Below, in pieces: positions 18,595 to 29,748 of a DNA stretch of 64,000 bases. The position numbers were made by a program, and so were the translations under genes. Source of the DNA: an uncultured bacterium (GTDB lineage: Bacteria > Armatimonadota > SYMT01); contig CAZSRZ010000006.1 in assembly GCA_964609085.1 (NCBI GenBank), positions 12,668 to 76,667 of the forward strand, given 5' to 3'. Position 1 is the first letter of the stretch; the number at the start of each line of letters is the position of its first letter. The notes below the pieces were generated by a model, which had not been told where the DNA came from, ran no database searches, and saw only the letters and a list, made by a program, of their open reading frames with translations.

Positions 18595-20385
18595 TCACCG
18601 GCTTCGCCTCGCATCGTCCCGGACTCCCTTGATCGGCGGCGCCGCGTGGACGCGATGGCCGCCAACCCAGGTTTCCATCACCCGCGTCGCCCTGACCTGA
18701 TCCACCGGGCACCGCAGCAAATCGCGATCGAGCACCACCATATCCGCCCACTTGCCCGGTTCCAGGCTCCCCACGTCATCGCGGCACAGGATGCGAGCGC
18801 TATTTTGCGTGTAGAAGCGGATGGCCTGTTCCCGCGTGAGCGCCTCTTCCGGATGAAGTCGCCCGGCATACTCGCGGGCCCCGCGTGTGAGCGTGACCCA
18901 CATGCCGAGGAAGGGATCGTAGGGGTTGACGGCCCGCCGGGCACCGATCTTCTGCATGTGGTCCGACCCGCCACCCGCGACCACTCCGGCGGCGAACAGG
19001 CTGCGCAGCGGCTGGAACCAGCGGAGTCGCTCATAGCCGAACTGTCGGACCAGCGTCCGGGTGTCGAGGTAGAGCCATGCCGGCTGGATATCCACCCCCA
19101 CGCCGAGGCGGGACATCCGTGCGACGGACTCCGCGCTCTGGAAGTTCGCGTGCGTGATGGTGGGCCGCGTCGCTCGGATGGGCAACTCTCGATCCACTGC
19201 CTCGTAGGCATCAAGGAGCGCGGAGACGGCGCCATCGCCGACGGAGTGGGCTGTAAACTGCATTCCGTGGCTTGCTGTCCGCCGGACGAGCGCCTCCAGC
19301 CGGTCCTGCGGGATGAAGCGAATGCCTCGGTACTCCGGATCGGTGATCGCGTAGATCGAACTCAACCCCCAGGGCTTCATCATGTAAGCGCTGCCCGTCA
19401 GCATTCCTCCATCGAGATAGGTCTTCACGCCGATGATGCGCAGGAACGGGTCAGGCCGTCGGAGCGGATCGGAGGCGATGCCGTCAATGGCGGCCGCGAT
19501 CGGTTCCCACGGCCCCGTCGTGTCAACGTGCTGTGAGATCGCAACCCGCATCGGCAACCGACGCCCCGCATTCAGGCCGCGATACCGGTCGATCTCTGTG
19601 GCGTCCGCATCTCGGTCGCCGATGGTGGTGATGCCATTGGCCAGGTAGTCCCGGAGAAGCGCAAGCAGGCGTCGGACGCGGTCGGCCTCTGAAGGTGGCG
19701 CAGCGGACGTCTTCGGCTTGACGAACCGCGTCAGGTTGCGAAGGATCCCCGTCGGCATCCCCGAGGAGGGATCCAGCTCCACCTTTCCTGAACCGCCATC
19801 GGGGGGCCGGAACTCCGCGCCGATCCCGCTGTCGGCCAGCGCTCGGCTGTTCAGCGAAGCGTCCGGACCGGTAGCAAACAGCACCGGGTGATCCGGCGCC
19901 GCCTCGTCCAGCTCAGCTCTGGTCGGATAGCGCTGCTCCCGCAGCCGGGTGATGAACACCTGTCGAAGCTGGATCCACTCGCCTTTGGGGGTGACGGCAG
20001 TTCGACGGCGCAGGTAGGCGAGCACGTCCGCGATCCCGTGCATCTCCGGAATCACGTGGTCAAACTCCGTCATTGATGCATCCGAGGGGTGCGTGTGCGA
20101 GTCGATCAACCCCGGCAGCACCATCTTTCCGTGCAGGTCCCGCACAATGGTGGAGCGGCCGCGGGAAGCCAGAATCTCCCGATCAGACCCCGTGCGGAGC
20201 ACCCTCCCGTCGCGGACCGCAATCGCCGACGCACAGGTGAAGTGGCTGTCCACGGTGACCACTTTCCCGTTGTGCAGGATCAGGCTGGGGGCGTGCTCCG
20301 AGCCGGCAGCCAGCCCAACGGCGACCGGCAGCAGGCAGACAAGGGCGACGCAGCGATTCCAGCGGGCAGGGTGTAGGGCGGGCAT
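18595..20385 (-). CDS. Secreted amidohydrolase (Amidohydro_3, YtcJ-like)
   Basis: LPGLIDSHTH, KTYLDG, AHSVGD, HANF, GSDH and GSLEPGKWADMVVL. Confidence 0.88.
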   Translation of the reverse strand: MPALHPARWNRCVALVCLLPVAVGLAAGSEHAPSLILHNGKVVTVDSHFTCASAIAVRDGRVLRTGSDREILASRGRSTIVRDLHGKMVLPGLIDSHTHPSDASMTEFDHVIPEMHGIADVLAYLRRRTAVTPKGEWIQLRQVFITRLREQRYPTRAELDEAAPDHPVLFATGPDASLNSRALADSGIGAEFRPPDGGSGKVELDPSSGMPTGILRNLTRFVKPKTSAAPPSEADRVRRLLALLRDYLANGITTIGDRDADATEIDRYRGLNAGRRLPMRVAISQHVDTTGPWEPIAAAIDGIASDPLRRPDPFLRIIGVKTYLDGGMLTGSAYMMKPWGLSSIYAITDPEYRGIRFIPQDRLEALVRRTASHGMQFTAHSVGDGAVSALLDAYEAVDRELPIRATRPTITHANFQSAESVARMSRLGVGVDIQPAWLYLDTRTLVRQFGYERLRWFQPLRSLFAAGVVAGGGSDHMQKIGARRAVNPYDPFLGMWVTLTRGAREYAGRLHPEEALTREQAIRFYTQNSARILCRDDVGSLEPGKWADMVVLDRDLLRCPVDQVRATRVMETWVGGHRVHAAPPIKGVRDDARRSR

Positions 20386-20464
20386 GTCGAGGATTTCGTC
20401 ACACCCCGGGCGTTCCCTCCCTCCCCGGCAGTATTGTCATCAGCACGACCGACGGGCGGCCCCT

Positions 20465-20899
20465 GGGAACGCTGGCGTCCCGCCGTCATCAGCATCCCGC
20501 ATCGAAAGCACCCCCGGGAACGCTGGCGTCCCGCCGGCCTCAGCGGCCCCCGGGAACGCTGGCGTCCCGCCGGTATCAGCAAGCACTGCCCCTCAGCCAC
20601 CGCCCCCGTACAGAACCGAGCGCGTCAGCGCCGGGATGCAGCCTGTGCCGAGGCGCCCCGTCCCGCGAATACCGTCGCGGGTCGGTGACCCAGGGGTCCG
20701 CGCTACCAGCCACGTGTAATCGGACTCCGGGACGGCACCCGGCCCACGGAGGCGGGGATCCCGGCACTGACGTGCACGGTTCTGAGCCAGAGCGGGTCTG
20801 TCACCGGAGGCGGCGCCGGATGCCGGCGAGACGCCAGCGGTCCCGGAAACCCTTCCCCCGACTGTATCTGGATGGCGAAGGCGGGGATCCCGGCACTGA
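20465..20899. repeat. Cluster of REP-like elements
   Basis: GGGAACGCTGGCGTCCCGCCG occurs at 20465, 20516 and 20552, with an inverted copy (2 mismatches) at 20824-20844. The inverted copy is flanked by 21-bp direct repeats AGGCGGGGATCCCGGCACTGA at 20750 and 20879. Confidence 0.85.
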
Positions 20900-21198
20900 G
20901 GGCGTCCCGCCCGACTGGCTCTGCCCTTGCATCCGATCGGCGGCGACAGGGGCAGGTGCCGGATTGGCGAGCCTTCGACCCCTTGCCGGCGCTGTAAGCC
21001 TCAGGGCCGTGTGATAGACTGCAGGGGTTTCTGGGGAGCATCGGGCAAACCGCTCTCCATGACCGGTCCGCGCCCGCTGTTGGGGAACTAGCCCCGGCGA
21101 CGGCCACCGCGCACTGACGGACGGGATGGGCAGCTACATGCCCCGTCCGGACGCGCTCGCAACTCCCGCCCATCGATTTCCCCCACGGAGATACCTGA

Positions 21199-23868
21199 AT
21201 GAGTGATCAGAAGAAACGGGTCTACCTTTTCCGCGACGGCAATGCCGGGATGCGCGACCTGCTCGGCGGCAAGGGGGCCAACCTGGCGGAGATGACCAAC
21301 ATCGGCCTGCCCGTTCCACCTGGGTTCACCATCACCACGGAAACCTGCAACGAATACACCGCGCTGGGTGAGTTGCCCGCCGGCCTGATGGATGACGTGG
21401 CGGCGGCGCTTGCTGACGTCGAGCATGCGATGGGGCGGAAGTTCGGCAGCGCCACGGATCCGTTGCTCTTCTCCGTCCGCTCCGGTGCCCGCTTCTCCAT
21501 GCCGGGAATGATGGACACGATCCTCAACCTGGGCCTCAACACGCAGACGATGGCCGCCTTGATCGCCGCGACTGGCAACCCCCGATTCGCCTACGATTCC
21601 TACCGGCGCTTCATCATGATGTTCAGCGACGTGGTGCTCGCCGATGGCCGCGCGGAGTTGGAGAAAGAGGCCTACGAGCACATCCTGGAGGAAGTGAAGA
21701 CTCGGCATGGCGTCCACGTAGACAGCGATTTGAGTGCCGAGGGAATGCAGGATGTGAGCGACCGGTTCCTCGCCCACTTCAAAACCCACTACGGCACGCC
21801 GTTCCCCGAAGACCCGATGGAGCAGCTCCGCCTGGCGATCATCGCCGTCTTCCGCAGTTGGAACAACCCGCGCGCCACCATCTACCGCAACAAGGAAAAG
21901 ATCGCTCACGACCTCGGGACCGCCGTCAACGTACAGGCCATGGTCTTCGGCAACATGGGCGATGACTGCGGCACCGGGGTTGCCTTCACTCGCAACCCCG
22001 CCACGGGCGAAAACGTGGTCTTCGGCGAGTACCTCCGCAATGCCCAGGGCGAGGACGTGGTCGCCGGTGTGCGCACCCCCCAGAGCATCGATCAGCTTGC
22101 GAACGAGTTTCCGCTCATCTACCAGGAGTTCGAAAAGGTCTGCGCTACGCTGGAGTTGCACTACCGCGAGATGCAGGACATCGAGTTCACCATTCAGAAC
22201 GAGCGCCTCTTCATCCTGCAGTGCCGGTCCGGCAAACGCACGGGAGCGGCGGGAGTGAAGATCGCAGTGGACATGGCCAACGAGGGGCTGATTACGCGGG
22301 CCGAGGCGCTGGGCCGCGTGACCCCCGCCGCACTGGAGCAGCTTCTCCACCCGCGGTTGGTGAAGCCGGCCGGCCTGACCCCGATCGCCACCGGCCTGAA
22401 CGCCGGCCCCGGCGGCGCCGTCGGACATGTGGCGATGGATAGCCACTCGGCGATCCACATGGAGAGCCTGGGACGCGCGGTCATTCTCGTGCGCAAGATC
22501 ACCAACCCGGACGACCTCGGCGGGATGCTGGCGGCGAAGGGTGTGCTCACCTCCGAGGGCGGGCGAACCTCGCACGCCGCGCTCGTCGCCCGCCAGTACG
22601 GGATCCCGACCATCTGCGGCTGCAAGGACATGGTGGTCGACGAAGTGCACCGCTGCTTCCGCGTCGGTGATCTCACCGTGAAGGAGGGCGATGTCATCTC
22701 CATTGACGGCACCACCGGTGAGGTGTACCTGGAGAAGCTGACGACCGAGCCCGTTTCCGTAACCGGCGACTTCGCCACCTTCCTGTCCTGGGCGGACGAG
22801 GTCCGGAAGCTCGGCGTGCGCGCCAATGCCGACACCCCCGAGCAGGCGGCGGAGGCGGTGGCCCTGGGTGCGGAAGGGATCGGACTCTGCCGAACGGAGC
22901 ACATGTTCCTTGGCGAGGAGCGCGTCATCCCCGTTCGGCGCATGATCCTGGCGGACACCGAGGCGGAGACGGACGCCGCGCTGGCGGAGCTACTGCCCAT
23001 GCAGCGCGCCGACTTCGTGGGGATCTTCCGTGCCATGGGCGGGCGCCCGGTCACGGTTCGGCTGATCGACCCGCCGCTCCACGAGTTCCTCCCACCCCAC
23101 GACGAGGTGCGCGACGAGCTGGCGCGCCTCACCCGCGAGGGGAGCGAGGAAGCAATCTCCGCGCAGAAGCGCCTCGTCGAAAAAGTGGAAGAGCTGCACG
23201 AGTCCAACCCAATGCTTGGACTGCGTGGGTGCCGCCTCTCCATCGTAATGCCGGGGATCGTCAACATGCAGGTCGCCGCCATCATCGGCGCGGCGTGTGA
23301 TCTCGTGAAGGCGGGCGAATCCGTTCACCCGGAGATCATGATCCCGCTGGTCGGGCACGTGAACGAGTTGACCGCGCTCAAGACTCAACTGGAGCAGGTC
23401 GCCCGGGAGACGATGCGGGTAGAGGGCGCACAGGTGAACTACCAGTTCGGCACGATGATCGAGATCCCGCGCGCAGCCCTCACGGCGGCGGAGATCGCGG
23501 TGCACGCGTCGTTCTTCTCCTTCGGCACCAATGATCTGACGCAAATGACCTACGGCATCTCCCGTGACGACGCCGGGAAGTTCCTCCCGGAATATGTTGC
23601 CAAGGGGATCTTCAAGCAGGACCCCACCGAGAGTCTGGACACCATCGGGGTAGGGAGGCTGATGCGGATCTGCGTTGACGACGCGAAGGCGGTGAACCCG
23701 TCTCTCAAGGTCGGTATCTGCGGCGAGCACGGCGGCGACCCGCCCAGCATCCACTTCTGCCACGAGATCGGCCTCAATTACGTGAGCTGCAGCCCGCTCC
23801 GCGTGCCGGTCGCCCGGCTCGCCGCGGCCCACGCCGCTCTCGGGAGCGCAGGCCCGGCCGATCGCTAG
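21199..23868 (+). CDS. ppdK: Pyruvate, phosphate dikinase
   Basis: [52 protein letters not shown] and CGEHGG. Confidence 0.98.
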   Translation: MSDQKKRVYLFRDGNAGMRDLLGGKGANLAEMTNIGLPVPPGFTITTETCNEYTALGELPAGLMDDVAAALADVEHAMGRKFGSATDPLLFSVRSGARFSMPGMMDTILNLGLNTQTMAALIAATGNPRFAYDSYRRFIMMFSDVVLADGRAELEKEAYEHILEEVKTRHGVHVDSDLSAEGMQDVSDRFLAHFKTHYGTPFPEDPMEQLRLAIIAVFRSWNNPRATIYRNKEKIAHDLGTAVNVQAMVFGNMGDDCGTGVAFTRNPATGENVVFGEYLRNAQGEDVVAGVRTPQSIDQLANEFPLIYQEFEKVCATLELHYREMQDIEFTIQNERLFILQCRSGKRTGAAGVKIAVDMANEGLITRAEALGRVTPAALEQLLHPRLVKPAGLTPIATGLNAGPGGAVGHVAMDSHSAIHMESLGRAVILVRKITNPDDLGGMLAAKGVLTSEGGRTSHAALVARQYGIPTICGCKDMVVDEVHRCFRVGDLTVKEGDVISIDGTTGEVYLEKLTTEPVSVTGDFATFLSWADEVRKLGVRANADTPEQAAEAVALGAEGIGLCRTEHMFLGEERVIPVRRMILADTEAETDAALAELLPMQRADFVGIFRAMGGRPVTVRLIDPPLHEFLPPHDEVRDELARLTREGSEEAISAQKRLVEKVEELHESNPMLGLRGCRLSIVMPGIVNMQVAAIIGAACDLVKAGESVHPEIMIPLVGHVNELTALKTQLEQVARETMRVEGAQVNYQFGTMIEIPRAALTAAEIAVHASFFSFGTNDLTQMTYGISRDDAGKFLPEYVAKGIFKQDPTESLDTIGVGRLMRICVDDAKAVNPSLKVGICGEHGGDPPSIHFCHEIGLNYVSCSPLRVPVARLAAAHAALGSAGPADR

Positions 23869-23942
23869 GACCGCACGGGGCCCCGGCGTGGCGGACGCCG
23901 GCCGGGGCCTGTGGTCACGGCGATCGGGGCTGGAGACCCAAT

Positions 23943-24608
23943 TTGCAGAAGCTCATCCAGGGCATACACCAGTTTCAGCGTGAGAGTTTTCGACCGCTCC
24001 AGAATCTCTTCGAGCAGCTTGCTCGCGGTCAGAATCCCGAGACGCTCTTCATCACCTGCTCCGATTCGAGAGTCGATCCGTGCCTGCTTACCCACTCTGA
24101 TCCGGGTGACCTGTTCATCTTGAGGAATGCCGGCAACATCATCCCTCCGCACGGTGCCGGTGGTGGAGAGGCAGCGACCATCGAATTCGCCGTGGCCGGA
24201 TTGGGCGTGCGTGACATCATCCTCTGCGGCCATTCGCACTGCGGGGCGATGGAAGCGCTCTTGGACCCGGATCTGGTGGGCGGGCTGCCCGCGATGTCGA
24301 GCTGGCTCAGCCACGCCGAACCCACGCGCCGGATCATCCAGGAGAACTATGCGCACCTCGCAGGGCCCGCGAGACTGACGGCGACCATCGAGGAGAATGT
24401 GCTGGTGCAGTTGGAACATCTCCGTACACTTTCGGCGGTGGGTCCCCGGCTTGCCAGCGGCGACCTTCACCTCCACGGCTGGGTATACAAGCTGGAGACC
24501 GGGGAGGTGTTCGCCTTCGACCCAAGTGTTGGTCAGTTTGTGCCCCTGGGCGAAGAGACGACCAGTCGTCGAGCAACGTCACTGCCGGGGGTCCGGCAGT
24601 CCATCTGA
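23943..24608 (+). CDS. Beta-class carbonic anhydrase
   Basis: TCSDSRV, RNAGN, CGHSHCG and LHGWVY; TTG start. Confidence 0.95.
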   Translation: MQKLIQGIHQFQRESFRPLQNLFEQLARGQNPETLFITCSDSRVDPCLLTHSDPGDLFILRNAGNIIPPHGAGGGEAATIEFAVAGLGVRDIILCGHSHCGAMEALLDPDLVGGLPAMSSWLSHAEPTRRIIQENYAHLAGPARLTATIEENVLVQLEHLRTLSAVGPRLASGDLHLHGWVYKLETGEVFAFDPSVGQFVPLGEETTSRRATSLPGVRQSI

Positions 24609-24700
24609 TCGTTGCTCCGAGGCGAGCGAGCAAGGACCCTCTGTCGGCGGCCAACCGGGCGGACCGACCATCTAAACGTGCAGCGAGAAGCGAGACGGAA

Positions 24701-26197
24701 TTGAACAGCGAGACACAAGCCCTCGAAGAACTGACCCGGGATCCGGTCCCGGAAACCACCCTGGAGGGGCTGCCCGAACTGCTCCGCGAGGCTGTCGGTC
24801 GCGCCGGGTGGAACACGCTGATGCCGGTTCAGGCTCAGGCGATCCCCTACCTCCTGGCGGGGCGGGACATGATCGTCCAGGCGCGGACCGGCAGCGGCAA
24901 GACGGGCGCATTCTTGCTCCCGATGCTGACCCGGCTGACCAAAGGTGCAGGGCACTGTCAGGCGCTGGTGTTGGTCCCCACCCGGGAGCTGGCGCGCCAG
25001 GTGGCCGAAGATGCTCAAACCCTTTGCGTCCCGGCGGGCATGCGGTGCGTGGTGGTCTACGGAGGCGTCGGCTATCGCGAACAGGTGGATGCCCTCCGCG
25101 CCGGGGCCGAGATTGTGGTCGGCACTCCCGGACGGGTTCTGGATCACCTGATCAAGCGGAATCTCTCCCTGGAAGATCTCCGACTGCTGATCTTCGACGA
25201 GGCAGACCGAATGCTCTCGATGGGTTTCTACCCGGACATGAAGCAGCTTCAGCGCCACCTTCCCGCCAAACCGCGGCAGGCCTGCATGTTCTCCGCGACC
25301 TTCCCCGGGCACGTGCTGCGGACGGCGCGCGAGTTCATCCCGCGCCCCAGCTTCCTGTCGCTCAGCCGCGGCCAGGTGCACGTCACCGACATCCAGCACC
25401 TCTATTACGAAGTGCCCGGGATGGAGAAAGACCGCGCTCTCGTGCGGCTGATCGAGACAGAGAATCCCGCCTCCGCGCTGATCTTCTGCAACACGAAGGC
25501 GCGCGTCCACTACATCACCGTGGTGCTGCAGCGTTTCGGCTACGACGCCGACGAGCTGAGCGCGGACCTCACCCAGGCCGACCGTGAACGCGTGCTGGGG
25601 CGGATCCGCAAGGGGACCCTCCGATTCCTGGTCGCTACGGATGTAGCGGCACGCGGACTGGACCTCCCCGAGCTTTCCCATGTCTTCCAGTACGAGCCCC
25701 CGGAAGACCCGGAAGCCTACATCCACCGCGCCGGACGCACGGGTCGAGCCGGTGCGACGGGCATCGCTATCACCCTGGTGGCTGGAATCGAAGGGCTGGC
25801 CGTCAAGCGGATCGCATCGCGCTACGGCGTCGATATGCAGGAGCGGACGCTGCCGACGGACGCCGACGTGGAAGAAGTGGTTACGCAGCGCCTGACTGCG
25901 CTGCTCGAAGCCCGGCTGCGGGACCGAGATCGGCTCCGCACGGAGCGGAGCCAACGCTTCGTCGCGCTGGCGAGAAGCCTGGCGGAGAGTGAGGATGAGG
26001 TCGCCGTCATCGCGATGCTCCTCGACGAGTACTACCAGGAGTCGCTCCACTCGCCGCCGGTCAGTCCGGACGAGACATCCGCAAAGGTGCGACCGCCGTC
26101 CGGAGCTACGCCATCAGGCGGTCAGGCCACCCCGACGGGTGGGGGCTCGGGTCGCCCGCGGCGACGACGTCCCGGTCGCTCCAAGGAAGGCGCGTAA
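24701..26197 (+). CDS. DEAD-box RNA helicase
   Basis: ARTGSGKT, PTRELA, TPGR, DEAD, SAT, ARGLD and HRAGRTGR. Confidence 0.96.
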   Translation: MNSETQALEELTRDPVPETTLEGLPELLREAVGRAGWNTLMPVQAQAIPYLLAGRDMIVQARTGSGKTGAFLLPMLTRLTKGAGHCQALVLVPTRELARQVAEDAQTLCVPAGMRCVVVYGGVGYREQVDALRAGAEIVVGTPGRVLDHLIKRNLSLEDLRLLIFDEADRMLSMGFYPDMKQLQRHLPAKPRQACMFSATFPGHVLRTAREFIPRPSFLSLSRGQVHVTDIQHLYYEVPGMEKDRALVRLIETENPASALIFCNTKARVHYITVVLQRFGYDADELSADLTQADRERVLGRIRKGTLRFLVATDVAARGLDLPELSHVFQYEPPEDPEAYIHRAGRTGRAGATGIAITLVAGIEGLAVKRIASRYGVDMQERTLPTDADVEEVVTQRLTALLEARLRDRDRLRTERSQRFVALARSLAESEDEVAVIAMLLDEYYQESLHSPPVSPDETSAKVRPPSGATPSGGQATPTGGGSGRPRRRRPGRSKEGA

Positions 26198-26269
26198 CCG
26201 GATCGGAGCCGGCGTGTCTCACTCGGCACTCGTCCTGGGCCATCTCTCATCCCACGGAGGCACGACGGC

Positions 26270-27649
26270 GTGCTCAAACTGACGCTCGGCAACTACGGTC
26301 GACTCTGCTCGGGCTACTCCCGCCGGGACATCCTGCGAGTCGGTGGCCTCGGGTCACTCGGCCTGACGCTTGCGGACGCCTACCAGCCGCAGGCCGCGCA
26401 GGCGGGACGGGAGAAGAACTGCATCCTCCTGATGCTCATCGGTGCCCCGTCCCAGTTGGACACATGGGATCCCAAGCCGGACCAGCCCGAGAACATCCGC
26501 GGACCCTACCGGCCGATTGAGACGAATGTCTCCGGAATCCGCATCGCTGAAACCCTGCCGCTAACGGCGCGCCACGCCGACAAGTACGCCATCCTCCGCA
26601 GCCTTGGTCACTCGCAGGCCGCCGATCACGAGACCGGCCATCAGGTCATGCATACGGGTCACTTTTTCCCTGCCGGCCTCGATCACCCCCATCTCGGTAC
26701 CGTCGTGAGCCACTTCCGCGGCGATCGGAATGGTCTGCCGGCCAACGTGACCCTCCCCAACCTGATCAACAACACCGGCACGAGCAAGCCTAAGGGGCAG
26801 GACAGCGGGTACCTGGGGCGGCAGTTCAACCCGTTTGTCCTGAACGCCGACCCGAACAAGCCGGGGTTCCGGCCTCCCGATCTCGAGCCCGACGCTGCCA
26901 CCCGCCTCACCACGGTTCGGGTTGACCGGCGGCGCACGCTGCGCTCCGCGGTTGATCGCCAGATCGGGCTGATCGAGTCGAGTCGCGAGATCGCCGCGAT
27001 GGACGCCGCCTATCAAAAGGCGTTCGGCCTCATCGGGTCGACGAAGCTCCGCGAGGCCTTTGACATCGATTCGGAGCCGGCGAAGCTGCGCGATCGGTAT
27101 GGGCGGACGACCTTCGGCCAGAGTTGCCTGCTTGCTCGGCGCCTCATCGAGCGAGGCGTGCGGTTCGTTGATGTGAACATGTACGATACCGTCTTCGGCA
27201 TCCTGTGTTGGGACTGCCACGCCGACGGAGGCAGCCTGTTCACCAAGGTTTCCGAACTGAAGGACAAGGTGGCCCCCATCTTTGACCAGGCGTACACGGC
27301 GCTGTTGGAGGACCTGGTCCAGCGGGGGCTCTATGACGACACTGTCGTCTGCGCCTTTGGCGAGTTCGGTCGCACGCCGCAGATGAATGCCAACGGCGGC
27401 CGCGACCACTGGCCCCAGTGCTGGAGTGTGGCTCTGGGCGGGGGCGGCATCCGCGGTGGGCAGGTCGTCGGTTCCTCGGACGCGATGGGGGCTTACCCGA
27501 ACGAGCGGCCGATCGATCCACCCATGGTCGCCGCCACGGTCTACAAGGCGTTGGGTATTGATCCCCACGTACGGGTGCTGCCCGGTCCGAATGACCGCCC
27601 GATGCCCGTTGCCGAGCGAACCACGCCCATTCTGGACGAGCTGTTCTGA
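26270..27649 (+). CDS. DUF1501 domain-containing protein
   Basis: SRRDILRVG, PSQLDTWDPKP, FGQSCLLARRL, WDCH, GEFGRTP and GGRDHWP. Confidence 0.9.
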   Translation: MLKLTLGNYGRLCSGYSRRDILRVGGLGSLGLTLADAYQPQAAQAGREKNCILLMLIGAPSQLDTWDPKPDQPENIRGPYRPIETNVSGIRIAETLPLTARHADKYAILRSLGHSQAADHETGHQVMHTGHFFPAGLDHPHLGTVVSHFRGDRNGLPANVTLPNLINNTGTSKPKGQDSGYLGRQFNPFVLNADPNKPGFRPPDLEPDAATRLTTVRVDRRRTLRSAVDRQIGLIESSREIAAMDAAYQKAFGLIGSTKLREAFDIDSEPAKLRDRYGRTTFGQSCLLARRLIERGVRFVDVNMYDTVFGILCWDCHADGGSLFTKVSELKDKVAPIFDQAYTALLEDLVQRGLYDDTVVCAFGEFGRTPQMNANGGRDHWPQCWSVALGGGGIRGGQVVGSSDAMGAYPNERPIDPPMVAATVYKALGIDPHVRVLPGPNDRPMPVAERTTPILDELF

Positions 27650-27655
27650 GGGAAT

Positions 27656-29212
27656 CTATCTCGCGCTGGGGGCCGGGGAAGGAACTGCTGCTCGCGTCCC
27701 TGGGACCGCGCCCACGGCTCGCGCCAACTGATCCCTCGCAACGTTGTATTCGAAGAGCGCCCGGACCTCGTTGCTCTGCGCGCGGACCTGGGCAGAGAGG
27801 GCGTCCAACGCTTCAACGATGATGCTCAAGCCGGAGGTGTAACGCAGGAGGGCGATCCGGTAGTCCTCCTCGGCCGCGGTGACGGCCGCGCGTGCCGTCC
27901 CCACGTTGCGTTCGGCGGCGCGTAGGGTCGTCAACGCAATGGCCGTCTCCTGCTGCACCTGAAGCGCGGCCAACTGGCGTTCCTCATCCAATCTTCGTGT
28001 CTCTGCTCGGGCCGTACCCAACCGGGCTCGGCGCAGCCCACCATCCAGGATTGGCAGGGAAGCAGTGAAGCCGAAGGTGGCACCACCGAAGAGTGGCTCA
28101 CCCTTCATCTTCATCAAGTCGCCCATCACACCGATGCCGACCTGGGGTCGATAGGCGCTGCGAGCCGCCTCCACATCCGCCTGGCCCGCCTCGCGGCGGA
28201 AACCGGCCGCGGTGAGTTCTGATCGGTTCTTCTGGGCTGTCTCCAGCAGCCGACGCAGTTGCGGGTCGGGAGCACCGCCGCCGGCGCTGCCCGCCGGCCT
28301 CCCCGGCTCGCCGGCTCCCAATGCCGCCAACAACGCTGCACTCGACTCGAAGCCGAGGGAATCGATCAGCTCCAGTTCCGACTCCAGGTGTACACCCATG
28401 AGGGTCTTTAGCTGGATCAGGCCGATCTCCACATCCCGATCCGCGTTCGTCAGCATCTGCTCGGCATTGGCGACCTCGGCGGCATCGCGCAACACGTAGA
28501 ACCGGGGAATGCGCTGCTGCTCGAACGCGATCTGGTCAATCCGTTGTCTCTCGCGATTCTGATCAAGCGCCGCGCGGGCCACCGTCACGAGGCTTCGCCG
28601 CGCCTGAACCTCCCGGTATGCGATGCGAACCATGAGGGCCACATCCTGCCGCGTCGTCTCCAGTTCCGCCTGCGACGCTCCCCTCAGTGCGCGGGCCTGA
28701 ACCACCATCGCGCGGAGACGGCCCCCCGTGAAGAGCGGGAACATCAGGCTGATGTTCTGGTCGAAAAACGCCTGGCCGGGCACCCCCATGGAGATCTTGG
28801 GCTGGACAGCCGCCGGGCTGTCGAGGATGTTGGGCGCGCTCCCTCCCGAGACAAATGTATTCAACGAGGCCCAGGGTCGGCGCTCTGCCCTCGCCGCCTC
28901 TACTCGACCCACGGCAGCTTCCACTTCGAGCACCGCACCCCGCACCGCCGGACTCTCCCTGAGCGCGATCTCGACTGCCTTGTTCAAGCTCAATCCGCCG
29001 CCGATGCGGGGACGGACGGAGAGTACGGGCGGAAGCTCGCGGCTACCCCCGGCGGTGCGCGTGCTGGTCGGTTTCGTCGGCAGGGCTGCTGGCGGCGTTC
29101 CAGCGGGCCCGGCCGGAACGCCGCTTGGTTCAGCTCCGGCGATGCCGCAGACGGTGGCGGCGGTGAGCATCGCCAGGAGGGCGGGTAGGGCGTAGCGGGA
29201 AGGCGACCTCAT
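27656..29212 (-). CDS. TolC-family outer membrane efflux protein
   Basis: LSLNKAVEIAL..SP, two Pfam OEP-like repeats and PILDGG; the ATGA overlaps the upstream stop. Confidence 0.9.
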   Translation of the reverse strand: MRSPSRYALPALLAMLTAATVCGIAGAEPSGVPAGPAGTPPAALPTKPTSTRTAGGSRELPPVLSVRPRIGGGLSLNKAVEIALRESPAVRGAVLEVEAAVGRVEAARAERRPWASLNTFVSGGSAPNILDSPAAVQPKISMGVPGQAFFDQNISLMFPLFTGGRLRAMVVQARALRGASQAELETTRQDVALMVRIAYREVQARRSLVTVARAALDQNRERQRIDQIAFEQQRIPRFYVLRDAAEVANAEQMLTNADRDVEIGLIQLKTLMGVHLESELELIDSLGFESSAALLAALGAGEPGRPAGSAGGGAPDPQLRRLLETAQKNRSELTAAGFRREAGQADVEAARSAYRPQVGIGVMGDLMKMKGEPLFGGATFGFTASLPILDGGLRRARLGTARAETRRLDEERQLAALQVQQETAIALTTLRAAERNVGTARAAVTAAEEDYRIALLRYTSGLSIIVEALDALSAQVRAQSNEVRALFEYNVARDQLARAVGAVPGTRAAVPSPAPSAR

Positions 29213-29748
29213 CGGGGTTTCTCCTGCACTGCGTGGCTGAACCGGGCTCTCCACCTCCGCTCAACTTCCTGCGCCTGCCCGTCGTTCAGCGTCTTCGCGG
29301 CTTCGCGCCACCAGGTGCGGCGGACGGCCAGTAGCTGTCCGGTGAGCTGACTTACTGGTGCCGCGCGCTGGCGGAGCACCAACGGTGAGGCTGCCCGATC
29401 CGCCTCGCGCCGCATGGAGGACTCGAAGTTGGTGGTGGCCTGCTGCAGTGCCTCGCGGATGGGAGCGGTGTCTCGATCCCAACGGGTCTTGAGCGCGGTC
29501 AGCCGGGTGACCTGATGGGGACTCATCTTTAGCGCCTGATGCTGTGAGAGTAGCCAGGCGGGATCGGGTGGCGTCAGCTCGGTCGCGACGGGGATCTCGA
29601 CGTGGGTTCGGGAACTGGGCGGGCCTGCAGGCGTTGGAGTGGGGAGCATCCCTCTCCTCGCGAGCACGACCCCGGCAACAACGGCAAGCGCCATTCCCGG
29701 TCCGATGATGACCCGTGGGCGGCCGAGTGGGAACAGAGAGGGCCTCAA
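29209..29748 (-). CDS. Membrane-anchored helical protein, Spy/CpxP/ZraP-like
   Basis: An N-terminal transmembrane segment, then LKMSPHQVTRL and TLNDGQ (LTxxQ-like) helices; translationally coupled to both neighbours. Confidence 0.5.
   Translation of the reverse strand: MRPSLFPLGRPRVIIGPGMALAVVAGVVLARRGMLPTPTPAGPPSSRTHVEIPVATELTPPDPAWLLSQHQALKMSPHQVTRLTALKTRWDRDTAPIREALQQATTNFESSMRREADRAASPLVLRQRAAPVSQLTGQLLAVRRTWWREAAKTLNDGQAQEVERRWRARFSHAVQEKPR

Noticed and set aside
20465-20580. Three 21-29-bp direct repeats as a mini-CRISPR
   Set aside because: The intervening sequences are too short and unequal (periods 51 and 36 bp), there are no cas genes, and an inverted copy nearby fits a REP family.
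21088-22902. 604-aa antisense ORF (likewise 12788..14242, 24533..26050, 59106..60800, 2666..3754 and other overlapping ORFs)
   Set aside because: These are shadow frames of well-supported genes in high-GC DNA, with no recognisable motifs.
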